Below are positions 1 to 13,946 of a stretch of DNA of 64,000 nucleotides, in pieces (positions within the stretch are counted from its first letter, which is position 1; the number at the start of each line of letters is the position of its first letter). Origin of the DNA: Ascidiella aspersa (taxonomy: Eukaryota). The translations under genes and the position numbers were made by a program. Location of the stretch: the NCBI GenBank assembly GCA_963924565.1, contig OZ004609.1:24676001-24740000 (forward strand), given 5' to 3'. Below the pieces are notes generated by a model. The model saw nothing but the letters and a program-made list of their open reading frames with translations. It had not been told where the DNA came from and made no database searches.

Positions 1-3000
1 TACAGTCCGCGAGGCGGCAACGCAATCGGCCTCGACGATCGGTGAGCACTTGGTAGAAAGAACAGACATTGGGGTTAGCGTGGTTATGACGCACGCTTGC
101 TTTTGCGCCGCGACTCCTTTGTGCACTTTTAAGTGCATTTAGACGCTAAACAAAGCCTGGTATAGTGGTATAAGCCTCTGAAAATTATTACCGTTAAAAA
201 GTGAGTTCTCGCTTTGCAACCCGCGCGACAAAGTATTGATCGATTTGTTTAGGGCACAATTATTTTACCTTTTTACCACTACAAAAATATGCGACACGCT
301 TAACTTGACAAAACGCGCTTAATTAACGATAAAGCCATCGTTGGATACCTTATTATTATCAGTTGTCCTATCGGCAGTGTGCATTCAAGACTCGCATGCA
401 ATGTTTATTTATAATACAACTAGTTTAACTTCCAAAGTTACAAAAAATCCGGCACACTTGAGAATCTCACAAGGTATCAAAATTCTCTGTGGGTTATGGT
501 AATGAATTTCCATAATTGGTCACAAAGTAACGAAGAAAATGTTAATTATTGATTAATAGAGTCGACCCATCTTCGCGTGATGCCTCGGTCCTTTCGAACG
601 GAAACGACTCACAAAAAGTGGTTGAACAAAAGAAGAAAACGAGATTTGCAGACGAAGAACAGGGTAAAATTTATAGTTTATCTTGTTGCATTTAAATGCT
701 TTGTTCGCTTTAATTTGCTCGATGGCGAGAAAACGTGAATAACTTTGGACAACCTTACCATCAATAAATATAAATGACCTTTACATAACCAAGCCATTAA
801 AATGTAAATTAGATTAGCAGTATCAATCTAGCAAAATGTAGCGTACATTACCTTCACTGAATCAAACAATCCAAAAAATAAATTACCTTTAATATAATCG
901 AATTTTTGGAAGCAGGAACTGGTTTAGGCTATAGACCAAATGCTCACGTTTCCATGGAAACACCTGACAAACGCTTGACCTTAATGCGACTGTCATCGAA
1001 CTGTTTTACAGTGCTGACGAACGGCGAAGTGCAACGAAACCCGTCGTGTCTGACCAACGAAAGCACCGAAATGTCGCTTCACTCGTCCGGAATTGCCGAG
1101 GATTCGAACGTAGAGGCGTTGTCGCTACATATACCGGTACGTATATAAAGCTAACACGACAACAGTACACGTTTTAACATGCGGACTTTAGCCACGCATT
1201 ACACTTCATGTGTCTCTGATTAATGTGCTTACCACCAATGCCGTTCTTGTATCTGTGTCGAATCACCTGATCAGAGTTTTTTTTATAATATATACCAAAC
1301 GGAATGCTGATAATATAGGCCTACTAGCAAGAGCAGCTCTTCTCAATCAGACATTGGGATGTGAAGGCTTTTTTTGTCTGCGAACTTCTGACTGTATTTG
1401 CGCTAAATTTGGTTTCGGAAAATACAAGCTTCCGTTTAAAATAAACAATTTAATTTGTTTTATGTGATAAAGTAATAATTAATTACGGTATGACACCCAT
1501 TTTGCCGAATTTGAGCTGCCAGAAGAAACATGTACCAGTTCAGGATTAGTATTGAATGGCATTTGATATTTGTATACCTAAATTTTTTTTTAACAAAAGT
1601 TAGTTGCAAGGTACTAAAATGTTATTATAAGTGGGCCGCGACGTAAAAACGGTTGAGAAGAAATGACCTAGAGCAGTGCTCTTCAACCTTTTTTGGTTTG
1701 GTTATCCCTTAAAGTTTTTGTGACAAACTCATGCGCCCTGTTTACTTAAAAGGTAAATTGAGGTAAAAGGCGATCTGAAAAATCATTATGCTTATTAATA
1801 TCATCATGTAGGCCTATTTAAACCGAGCGGAACTGCCGAAGTTTTAAACACTGTCGGTGAGAGTTCGATTATGGCTGCAGGCTGCTTAAGAGTACTATTG
1901 CATGTCATAAAACAGCATTCAGTGTTAAATATTATTATTTCATTAAAAGTTTGTGACGCATCCTTGTATACTATTTCGTACTGGTGCACCCCATGCATAT
2001 TTTGATGCACACTAGGGTGCACCGTGCACACCGGTTGAAGAGCACTGACCTAAAGCTTAGCGGACAGAAGTCATTTTGACTTTTCAACGATTTAAGCAAC
2101 TAGAGATAATAACAACGAAAAAACTAAGAAACCAGAATGTTTAAATAAGGATATCAATTAACATAACATCAAAATATCTAAAATAATAATCAATTTTAGC
2201 TGAGCCCACCTCCACCCTCGCCAACGTCGCCCCACTGTCCTTCCTCGCCATTGCAACAACTGAACGGTGACTCTCAGTATCCGCAGATGAAATCCCTCTT
2301 CTGGAGCAAGATCGATCAGCGAAGGTCTAGTGCGTCCTCCCCACGTCCGGGAAGGGTCTTCTGGGAGGAGGTGGAGGAGCTGATCGCTTTTAACCAGGAG
2401 GAATTTGAAAGGTGAATAGCACGTTAAGCGTGCTGTTTAGCTGGGTATTTCGCGAAGCCACTTGTAATCCACAAAAAAAACCTAATTCCTTCAAATTAAA
2501 TACAGGCATAAACATTTTCTTCTTAAAACAGTTTGCAAGCCTTGCAGGACTATCCTCTTTCGAGAGAATAATATACACATTAAGTAAGCAAATAACCCTT
2601 TGCCTCATACGTAAAAGCAAGACTTTCGCCTCAGACGTATAAGCGAGGCTTTCGCCTCATACGTATAAGCAAGGCTTTTGACTCGTACGTATAAGCAAGG
2701 CTGGCGTTTTCGATAAACAAGCGTTTAACACCATTCGTACAGATGCCAAATACTAGGTTGGCCAATCACGCCAAACACCTACAGTATAAAGCTTAAACAA
2801 AACCAGCAAGCACCACAATTTCGCGCGACGGTTACACGCTTTTTCCAAACCCACTACAGGCTCTTTAGCCGTCCGCCAGCGGCACAGCCCAGCCCGCGAG
2901 GGAAAAATGGACGAAGCCCGAAAAGCCAGGAACCCGGAAAGCGGCTCAAGGTGCTCGGCGTGGAACGCTCCAGACACGTTGAGATCAGAGCGAGTACAGT

Positions 3001-6000
3001 TCGTCTTCCAGTGGAGGCGATCCACGACGCTGTGATCAATATGGACGACGAGCAGCTGGACATAGACGGGTAATGTCCTTGCCCGTGTTGTAAACAAGTC
3101 ATTTTTGTAATGACTTAAGTCCCAGTCAAGCCATTCGTAAAATAACTTAAGTCCAAGTCAAGTCTTTTCTAATGAATAACAATCAAGACCCAGTCATCGG
3201 TTTCCTGAGTCATTTTCCAACCAAGTCATAATTGAAGCAAGTCAAGTCCTTGTCATAAAAATAAAACTTTAAACTTATAAAACTGGTTACTTCATCTGAT
3301 TATGAGAAATGCCTCAAACGAAAAATAACAAACATAACATATATTAAGCAAATTGTCTTACTTGTATAAATTAGGATATAATTTTATAAAAATGCCTAAT
3401 GTAAACACTTTATTTCAACCCAAGTTGCTTTCCCAAAAGACTTAAGTCAAGTTAAGTCATTTGAAAGCAGTGACTTAACCAAGTCATTGAAACACAGGTG
3501 TTTGGATGATTTGCTTTAATTTATAAAAAGCTTGTATTAAGTAATTTTACAAAAACAAAATGTTTCTGACAGCCTCCAAGCGCTCTTCGACATCCGTCCT
3601 ACTGCTGAAGAGCTAGACGAAATCGCCGACACCCTGAAACTTCACCCGAAAGGAATTCTGGACAAACCGGAGCAGTTCATTTTAATGCTAGCTATGATCC
3701 CCAATTTGGACGAACGACTGGAGGTATTACTATTCATGGGAAAGTTTATTCCAGATTCGTAAATTTTGACTTTCCAACATCACATTTATAATGCTTAGCT
3801 TTTACAATTCGCAGTGCTGGATATTCGCCAAGCGCTTCCCAGACAAAATGGTGGAAGTTGAAGAGCGATTGAACGCGATGTCAGATGCTTGTCAGCAGAT
3901 TGTTCAAAAGTATGTCAACAGCAAGTTGGGAAAAGTAAACTATACGATTAAACCCATAGCCAAGTAACATGCTGCGATACCAAACTTGAGATATCAAGCG
4001 AAAATTGATTGCGGCCTTACTAAACGTAAATTCGACACAGTGGGCAATTTTTGTTCTGCTTGCAATGGATGCCACACTTTTGTCGAAAAATCGGGCTTAA
4101 TAATAATATATTTTAAATTAATAATACAATTGCCACAATGTTGAAAATTCAGGTTGCCAGATATGATGTTATGTTTATAATTATAGCTCAACTTTGCGGC
4201 GTGTGCTGGAAACGGTGCTGTTGCTAGGCAACCACATGAACAAGGGAACGCAACGCGGAAACGCTTTCGGGTTTCACCTTGACATTCTGCCCAAGCTAAA
4301 AGACGTGAAGACTAAGGTGAGCGTCCGTATCAGCGATAAGCCGATATGTAAAAAGTTAAAGGTTGATACATTAATCATATTTTGCCCTTTCTCGGTAATT
4401 CAAACACATTTACCTGCGCAATCTGGTCGAACTATAACTTCTGGCAAACTTGAAAGTTTCTGTGTACTGTCAAATGTATTTGATATACACACCATTGGTA
4501 TTCTTCAGTCATAAGACTTTTATTAATTAACAAAAATACACTATCAAGTCGCTGTGCTTGTTTGTAATGACAATATAAGAATTTCCACTGTCCTCAAACA
4601 AATTCCAGGGTGGCGAAGGAAACCTGCTGCAATACACAGTTAAAACTGTGCGGGAACAGATGAAGGCCGAAGGAAAGCTAAGCACGGAGGTAAATAAATA
4701 TAGGCATATTGTAGGAAAAAAAATAATTGGATTTGGTTCTGTATTATATCGTTGAAAAAGCTATTATTGGAATTTCTTAATGGGTGTGCTTCACACGATC
4801 GCAGTAATAATTGTGTAAAGTGCAACAAATATAACAGTCTCTATTTTTCGGCTTAGCTTTTTACGGCAAATCTTGAGTTTTTTCTTTCAGACTCTCGGAA
4901 GCCCGAGGCTCGACGACACTTGCGGGCTTCCCGACCATGACGTCATAGCTCCTGCTGTTGCGACGTCACTGGGCGAGCTTGGTGACGAACTGGAGACCAC
5001 CGCGGTGGCTCTGGAGCGATGCAAGCGACGTTTTTTGCCCGACATCGTCCGAGGAAGCACGATCCCTGCCGAGAGCGAGATGGCTCAGGAGAAGTTAGAG
5101 GAATTCCTCGAAAAAGGTGAACCACTTGTGGTTTGGGCATAGCTCGCTTATTGTTAGTTAGTTTTTGTGAGTTTCTTTTTTAACTGTGATAGTGCTGGGA
5201 TGTTTTTTGTGCATTTAAACATGTAAATCCGTGGTTCTCGGACGGGCTGTCGCGACACCCTGGGGCGACATTTCTAATGCTCAAGGGTGCCGCGAGATAT
5301 TTGGGAATCTTTAGGAATCTGATTTTTGCTAAACTCTTATAACTTTTTTGTAAAGATTATAGTGGAATAAATCCAATTTTCTGCGTTGTGTAAAGGTGAT
5401 GTGTGTTGTTCCAGTTCCGTTTATTGTGACATTTTAGTAAATTACTTACGGAAAAATCTTATATGAGTGCCGCAATTCTAAGCAGTTTGTTTTAACTTTT
5501 AAGTAAAAATGAATCTTTATGGATATGAAATATGCCGTGAAATAAACCTTAGTATTTTTCTTGTTATTTCTGGCCGGCTAGTTGACCTTTCTTATGTAAT
5601 AACAGCTAGAAGCTGTCCAGCTAACGAGTCAGTTTTGCAATCACATTCCTTACATTTCCAGCCACGTTGAAAATGCGCGAGCAAGCGCAGCTGTACCAAA
5701 GCACGCTGGACACCTGCGACGAGTTCCAGAACTACTACGTCCCGACGTCGAGCTCCGAATCGAAGGTAAAACCGAACAAACCTCATCACTTTCATAACAA
5801 GATACGAACACTAAGCTGTTGCGCCTTGAATCTGTGATCTCGAAATTTAAATTTGTAAGCAGAAACTAAAAACACTGCTGTATTAAAAAAAAATACTGCA
5901 AACCAAAAGTCTTGTTTGACTTACTTAAACCGAATCCAGGGTACAACTGAACAAACCTCTTTATAACAAGATACGTAAATTTTATAACAAGATACGTAAA

Positions 6001-7569
6001 TTAAGCCATTGCGCCTTGAATCTGTGGCCTTGAAAACTATTTTTTAAGCAGAACCCAAAAGCACCTCTGTATTAAAAAATCTTGCATACCAATTAGTTTT
6101 TCTTACTTACCTGATCCGGATGCAGGAACCTCTTACGTCCATGCTCGAGTCAATCGCGTTCTTCTGCGAGGACTTCCGGTTTCAGTGGAGGGAGGAGCTG
6201 AGGGAAGAAATCAAGGAGCAGTTCTACAAACTGGAGCGAGGAAAACGGGTAAGTGGACGCAGATGGTCAACAAGCTTTTGTAAATATAGAACCAATTGGA
6301 AGAAAACTAAAAGTTTTTTATTGCAATATGTATAATTTATGTATGTCCGAAATGTTTACACATGTCATTTGATAGTTTGGATTTTTTGCGAGCGCAACTG
6401 TATAAGTAAACCTATTTCCTTGTGCATAGGTTATTTTATCAATAATTACATAACTCAAAAGACACAAAAGATAAATAGCCAAATTCATGTAAATACATTC
6501 CAGCCAAAAACTAACAATTGAGTAAAAAATAATACGTTTTACATTTTAAATATTAGACCGCAATACGAAGTTGTTAAGTTTCTGTGGCAGCATAAAACTT
6601 GGTTATCAACAGCAACATCACTTTTACCAATATCGTCTTGAAATATGCCGTTGCTACCAGGCATAGTATATTTAAAACAGGTTCCTCTGGCAATATATAT
6701 TATTTTCTACCAACGTTTCGGCTTACTATCCGGCAAGCCTTCGTCAGGGACTGACACACAAAGCCAACAAGACACAAAGTAAAATCACAATAAGAAAAAA
6801 GGAGATAACAATGTGCGAGATGCGTTCAAAATATAAAGCGATAAGACAACGCGCAATTGTTGCTTTGTGTGTCAGTCCCTGACAAAGGCTTGCCGGAAAG
6901 TAAGCCGAAACGTTGGTAGAAAATAATATATATTGCCAGAGGAACCTGTTTTAAATATATCGTCTTGAAATGTTAAGCACAATAATATAAATGGAGCTTT
7001 CCATAGTTGAAGGCTACAGCAAACACACGCGGTTAGCCAGTTAGAGTCGAGCAATTGTAAAAACCTATATATTACTTCCACAGCAACGACTTAACGCACT
7101 GCGCATCACCAGCACGCCTTCGGCTCTCAAGGAGCGCTTTATGGAGCGCAGGCGTCGGGATCGCAGAAGTCGGGAAAACTCGAGGGAAGGAAGAAGCAGC
7201 ACGGAACCGAAACCTCCGCGCCGAATCCTCAACATCGCAATCCCTGGAGAAGCGAAAGAACCGACGCAAAACGGCCACAGCCTGTTCGAAGGGGACCAGA
7301 AACCGGTTAAGGCCGGAAACAGGCCGCGACGCACTTACAAGTTCCTGACGGACGACACTAGCGACTCTTTGGCGACCAGCAACGGCGGGACCGGGTCGCG
7401 TTACGGATCCGCGGGAGGGCGACAGAGAACGCAGGAGGAGGACCTCACGGAGCTGGCCAATCAGAACTCGAAACGCCTCCAGAAGCGGATGATGGAGTGG
7501 AAAGGCGCCAAGCACGCGAACGAAAGGGTAGACGCAAACGCGAAAGAGGGGAAATATGCTGCCAGCTAA
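1..7569 (+). CDS. Formin (FH2 domain), FMN/Cappuccino-like; 5' end lies outside the window
   Basis: Exons 1-41, 560-663, 916-1136, 2200-2411, 2860-3069, 3573-3723, 3815-3909, 4187-4316, 4609-4689, 4891-5116, 5662-5765, 6126-6248, 7084-7569 join in phase with GT-AG ends. FH2 motifs: MKSLFWSKI, RSRHVEI, LDKPEQF, LLLGNHMNKGTQRGNAFGF, ILPKLKDVKT. LDKPEQF, ILPKLKDVK and the SALKERF tail resemble FMN1/FMN2. Confidence 0.9.
1674..2047. mobile_element. hAT-type MITE
   Basis: 15-bp TIR CAGTGCTCTTCAACC/GGTTGAAGAGCACTG; 8-bp TSD ACCTAGAG/ACCTAAAG. Confidence 0.85.
2598..2702. repeat. Four tandem ~26-bp quasi-palindromic units
   Basis: Consensus CTTTCGCCTCATACGTATAAGCAAGG, four copies. Confidence 0.9.
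3083..3497. mobile_element. MITE with GACTTAAGTCAAG subrepeats (same family as 29871-30357, opposite orientation)
   Basis: Begins GTGTTGTAAACAAGTCATTTT and carries many AAGTCAAGTC/GACTTAAGT units matching the reverse complement of 29871-30357. Confidence 0.75.
6645..6959. mobile_element. Penelope-like element remnant: inverted ~98-bp repeats carrying a minimal hammerhead motif
   Basis: Arms 6667-6764 and 6862-6959 are near-perfect reverse complements. Flanking 15-bp direct repeat ATATCGTCTTGAAAT at 6630-6644 and 6957-6971. The minus strand reads CTGACGA-A-GGCTTGC-CGGATA-GTAAGCC-GAAACGTT. Confidence 0.7.
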
Positions 7570-8947
7570 AAGATACGCTTGAATTTATGTGCTACTAGTG
7601 GGAACATTATCTGTGCCAAATAAACAAACAACGCTGTTGCTCCAATATACTGGCCGATCCGTAAAACGTGCTATAACATTTTATAAAGCGGCGTAAGACA
7701 GTATAATCAAATCATGAAACTAAAATAAACAAAGTGTTGAAAATTGTGCTTGGGCATCGATAAAGTATTTTCACGGTAAAATATGAACAAAACATGTATA
7801 AAATTAGTTGCTGCCACCTAATAACTTACATCATTCTTTCGTGTACACGTGTGTAATACTGTATATTTGTTGACTGGCATTTGTGCGTAACTGTACAGCA
7901 TTTGCAAAGAACTAACATTTTCTCGTGAAATGTCAAAGTATATATAGTTTTTTTTTCGCTAAACAACATGTTACTTCGTTGTAAAAAGTTTGTGTAAAAA
8001 AATTCTATTTTCTTCGTCATACCTTTTGGATTTCTTGCCTAAAGCAGAACTTTTAAAGAAGCCAATGTGGTAGTAATTTATTTTATATAGTAAAGTAAAA
8101 GAAAATAACAGTTAAATCTTAAAACCAAAAACAGCAACAGGCACTGCAACACTTATAAACGGCTAAATATGCGAAAAGTCTGGACTTAAATAACAACTTA
8201 AAGAAATCACAGTGTTAGCTACCAAATAACGTATCATATGTCATTGAAAACAGCATAAAACAGTGTTCAGATTAAAACACGAAAACTGGCACAGTAACAT
8301 TAGGACGATTTTATAAAATCACCACCTATATAGTATTACAACAATAGTGAAACAGCTCGTTTGCTAGGTATAGGATGACTTTGTTAGGTAACGGTTCGGA
8401 TTGAGTAATAAACGCTTAGAAAAGGAATGGTACTGCTCGTATAGATGTAATCTATTTGGTAAAATTGGACGCATTTGTACACTGAGGTAACATAACAAAA
8501 CTCTTGAAAGCTGCATAGTGCATGTACAATGCAACATGCGTGAGGACTTTATACAAGTTAAACGTTTAAGAAACACAACCAAACGCCTACACAGCAAACA
8601 TATCACATTTAACACTAAGGAATGGCATGTTTGTCGGAAAAAGCCGGTAAAATAACACAAGGCGGCATAAAAAGCAAGGCTCGAAATTTGGTCGTTTCAA
8701 GAAGCAACGCAAGCAAGCTATTCTAAGTGGCGCTACGCGAACTTGTTATGACATCAATCGTGGATGTGACTACTACAGTTTTCCACTAAAGTGGATTTTT
8801 GTGGATTTTTCTCGGAAAAAGTCCTCCGTCAAGAAGTTGTTTGCCCGGCGTATAGAAAATTGTATATTTTTATTACTTTATAAGGCTTCGACTAAAGGTT
8901 AAGTATATAGGTATAGAGAAAAGGACAAAAAATACAGAAAGTCGAGC

Positions 8948-11900
8948 TCATCTCATTGCCGAGCGGGAGGGAAGCTTTGCCTCTTCATCCGGCTTCGGGT
9001 TATTACGACGCCGTCTCACCGGTCTCCTGTAAGCGTTCCAGATGCGGATCGTCTTGTCCCAGGACCCGGACACGTACTGCGGTTTAGCAAAAAAGTTAGT
9101 TTAAGAAGGACGAGCCGGGAAAATGAAAAAAAATGACATTGCGCTTGATTTCGTGGAACGTATTATTATTTTTTTTTTTGGTCGGCACAAAATTTAGCTA
9201 CAGATGGAACTTCCTTAATTACAACAACATATATTAATTAACAACATATATATTCGAATTAAGGAACTGACGATGCCAGTATAGAAGAAAAATATATATT
9301 CCTTTAACAAAATGTCTGATCCTGGTTTTACTCCGGATTTTAACTTTGCGTTTTATTTGTTGAACGTATATTAAGTTACAACATACTTAGTTGTCTAAAA
9401 ACAAAAACAACTGTTTTACGTGAGAATTTCACTCTATGTTTTCCGTTTAGTGCAGGGGTCGATAAACTTTGTTGCACTGTTGAACAGTTTAAAACAGAAA
9501 TTTATCGCGGACCGAGAACCGTGTGAAAACTTGAATTTGTTGCAACAAAATTCAAACTGCAACAAGTTGAGTTCTAATATAGTGCGTAATAACACAACAA
9601 AGTTACGTATTTTAAAAACCTAGTATAATAGCATTATGAAAAAGAACAAACGACATGCCGACACGTAAAAAAGTATAAACCTACGGACCGGTACGAACTT
9701 CTCGCGGTGTCGACCAGAGGTATAGTAGATCGATGCAAGTTTTGTTATTTAGTGGTATTGGCCATTTTCTATTGTAGAATTACAAATCAACATACGCTTA
9801 AACAAATTCCAAACCTCTAAAATACTGGATGAGACGACAAACTGTACAAATTGATTTCAGGCTTTATTAACACCGCAAAGGCGCCGTTAAAATCGGATCC
9901 TGTTTGTCCTTTAATATAACATGATTTAATAGTCTTTGTTTCGCGACTCGCGCAACTGTTTTTTTTTTTTTGATTTGGTCCAACGGAATTAATTAAGAAA
10001 TAAATTCCACAGTGGCACACAAACTAAATTAACCATAATGGGTTGTTTTAAAAGCTAAAAGCAAATTTACTTGTGATTAATCACAACACACTCACCTGCG
10101 ACCTCTCCACCATGTGGACGATGCTACGGATGTTCTCAGTGTGACCGATGTTGGTTTGCACCAAATTACAGCTCTCCATGTCGTACACCCTTAAGAATGA
10201 GAAAAATAATTAAATAACCAAAATTATATAGTGATGTTGAGCTGGTTAAACAATTTAATTCCTAAAAAGGGTTAAAAAGTCACCATACGTTGAGTCGCGC
10301 TTGCCAACAAAAAAGGCACATATAAGTAGATAGCGGATTGAGCAACTTTAGATATAATAAATCTGTTTTGTGTCTAAAAACCGACAGTCGATTGTCAGTT
10401 TGTAACGGTCTGATCTCAATCTGAAAAAGTTTCGGTAAATGAGATTAACCAGTCGTCAAGCAAACGTGTTATGCACTCTGTTATGGTATTTACATCAAGT
10501 TTATCATTTTTACAAACCGGACAACTGCTGTTTAAAAAAACGTTAAAGCGCCAGAAAGACAATCTTTCGGGTATTTCGCAAGAAACTTACTTGATGACGT
10601 TTTCAACGGCGGCGACTACGCACCCGTTGACCTTATCGATGCAGAGCGCACTGACCGGACCTTGAGTGGACAACACGTGGACACAAGTCATGCCGTCCTC
10701 ACTCTGCAAATTAATACGTTTATATTTATCGAAATAAAAAGGCTGATTTTGTCATATTGATGTTTCTAACAGAAGACTTTTTTATGTGTGTGTGACGACT
10801 GACGAGTGTGTTTGTGTGCGTGAAGCTCGGAGATCACTATACCCTACTTGGTGCCAATTATAAGCTGGGTATGGGCTGAAATCAGAAGATTTCTGCATTT
10901 GTTCAACTTAATTTTATTTCACTCAAAGCATTCATTTTAACTTGTCTGTATTTTTCACAGCTTGCAAGAAAGGCTACTCAAATAGCAATATAGTTGGGCT
11001 TAAAACTACAGTGTTCACTGAATAATATTGACGGTTCCAATATAATAATTTACGATATCCTGAGGACACAATATTCCTAAATAGAAATAGTGTCCACGTG
11101 CATTGGTAAAAGCATCAAACGTTAAACAAACATGCAGTAGAATTGCATTGGCGCGTCAAACCTTACCCAAACCAAAGAAAAAATTATTAAAGTCTATAAG
11201 GGCGTTGGTAAAAGCATCAAACGTTAAGCAGACAAGCATTAGAATTGCATTGGCCCATCAAACCATACCCAAACCTAAAAAAATATTAAAGTGTAAGTGC
11301 ATAAGTAAAAGGCTTCAAACGTTTAAAAAAACAAGCACTAAAATTGCATTGGCCCATCAAATCTCACCCAAATCCTTATGGTTCCGTCTTCCGACCCGGT
11401 GACCCAGTTGTCGTACACGTGGTTCCACCTGACTGCCGTGATCTCGAGCTCGTGGCCCTGGAGCGTGTTGCGCATGCGCATTTCGCTCCCCACCGGACTG
11501 AACTCCCGGATGTAAACCATGCCGTCGCTGCTCGAGTAGGCAAACTCGTTCCTGAGTGAAGTCACATTTACTTTGTTAAAATGTGTGTAAAGTAAAGTTA
11601 AAAAAGGGATAATTTTTCTTGTTTTTTTTATGAACTTAATCGTACTTTAAAAACCCTTTTCACATAGTTCTTTAAAACTCATATAACATTTATTGAGGTA
11701 ACTGAACAAACCTTTATTAATTTACCTTGGAAATAAAAAAATGTTAATTTACCTTCAAATACAAGAAAGCGTTACTCATAAAGTTATAACATTACGTTTT
11801 TTTCCGATTTTATGTAAAAAATCACAAAAATATACGATTTCTCAAAGTCTAATATTCTTTTTAGAACAGATAACAAATGTGTTTTTAAACATTGGAAATA

Positions 11901-13913
11901 ATTGACGACCTAGAACACTACTTCTTTTTATGGTTTCGCAAAACGTTAACATCCGACACAGATACCAAGTCACTTCTCAAATAACGATTAGGGCCTATAT
12001 TTCCGAAATCCATTTATATCTTTCACGTCAATAAATCACCATGTGTAATCAGATTTTAAAACACAAGCGTCACCTCTTCGGGCAATACTCCATGTCGATG
12101 ATGACGCCGTCGCACGCCAGCTCTTCCACAGAGTCCTCGACGTCATCGCCGTACAGATCGCTTGCCTCTAGCGCCGTATTGCGGAAGCGGTCGTGCAGTT
12201 CACCGGTCTCAAGGCACCAGATCAGAATGCGACGGTCCCACCCGCTCGTTATCTGTTCGCGCAGCAAATCCTTCCGTTTTTAACACCAGTTTTTTTGAAC
12301 ACTAAAATTATTACTAATATTTACACTGACATTAACACTAGCACCATAACCATAAAGGTGAAAATGTTTGGCCCAGCGGTTCCCAAACTTTTTTAAAAAT
12401 TTTGCCTGGTGGACCCTTTACGAATATTTTAATATTTCGCGGCCTTATAAAAATTCAAGGGTCAGTTGACCCATGTTTCTTGTAGTACACTAGTGCATTC
12501 ACGATTTTTCCTAATCTAACAACTTTCTAACTAATGCGAACGATTCGCTAATAGCAGGTAGTACAGCATAATAAATGCTTTATGATGTCGCAAACGACAT
12601 CATAAAACACGCTATATGATCGAATAACAAAGCATAACTAAAGACAATAATAACGACAGATAACGTTTAAAACATAGACTAATGTTTAAAAACTTTCGCT
12701 AAAGCCCTATAATGAAAAAGTAAAGACTAATTTCCATTGCGGACCGCGGGAACTGCTGTACGGACCCCAGCTGGTCCGCGGACCCCCGTTTGGGAACCGC
12801 TGGTTTGGCCCTACGTCCAAGTAGCGGCACCGTCTCCTTATTGGAGAACGGACTGGGTCTGAACAATTACTGACATATCAGGCATTCCCGGCCTCCTTTT
12901 CGGCCAGTAGGAAGAAAAATCCACAACACGTTCGCCACTTAGTTTAAATTACTTTCTTTACTTTATTTTAGTTAGTAAAATAATGGCGTTTGGCTTTAAG
13001 CGTAAAGTGAAAACGGAAGTTTTAAACGTTCAACTTGAACCAGTGGCGCACACTTTTAATAACAAAGCTTAAATCGTAGTTTCGTTGTCAGTTTCTGCCA
13101 AGTCAAGGCCGGCAAGTTTATCTCATTTTCGTGACTTTAAAGTCGAACAAATGAAGCCATGTTTGTGCCAATTTGGACAACAGAAAGGCAACAAATGTGG
13201 ACAGTAAGGAAAATACTTTGGTTTGGATTTGCAACAAAAAAAGCTCGATTTTTGCACTAATACAAAAACAATCGATAGCGACCTTTTTTTGGGCACCCAT
13301 AAAAACGAAAGGAACTACAAACCAGGTAAGTGGAGCTGTATAGTTCCTCGTTGTGAACAAGAGCAATCGCTGTGACGCAACTCGCGTGTCCAATCAAAAC
13401 GTTTTTGCAGATGAAGCCCGCCACCCTGTTCGACACCGAGTCACGGGTCATCGCGTCCGCTGGAGGCGTAATGGGTGTCTGGAGGAAACATACAAAAAAA
13501 TTAAAAAATTGGCACTTTGTAGCAAATTGTATTTTAATACTAACCAGTTTTTACAAACCGTCCAAAACCTGTTTGGAAATGCGCAAATAAAATATATTGG
13601 GAAATTAACAACTATATCCTTGCAAACGATGTTATTGGTAAAAATACTATAAGGCCAGTGCAAAAATAGCAGTTAACAAATTTTCTAGTTTTGAATATTT
13701 CGAGATATTGATGGTATTATATTTAAGGTATTTAGGTACAACCAAAACGTCGCTTCACGTTTGGGTGTTAAAACTGATACCTTTGTAAAGGCTTATTTTA
13801 TGGAAAACACCAATTAAACCAAGCAGAACTTGCCATTGACTTCATGGCATTGCAAATGTTTTACTTTTAGGCCAATTGCTTCACACACACATACACACAC
13901 ACAAAACACACAA

Positions 13914-13946
<33 letters not shown>

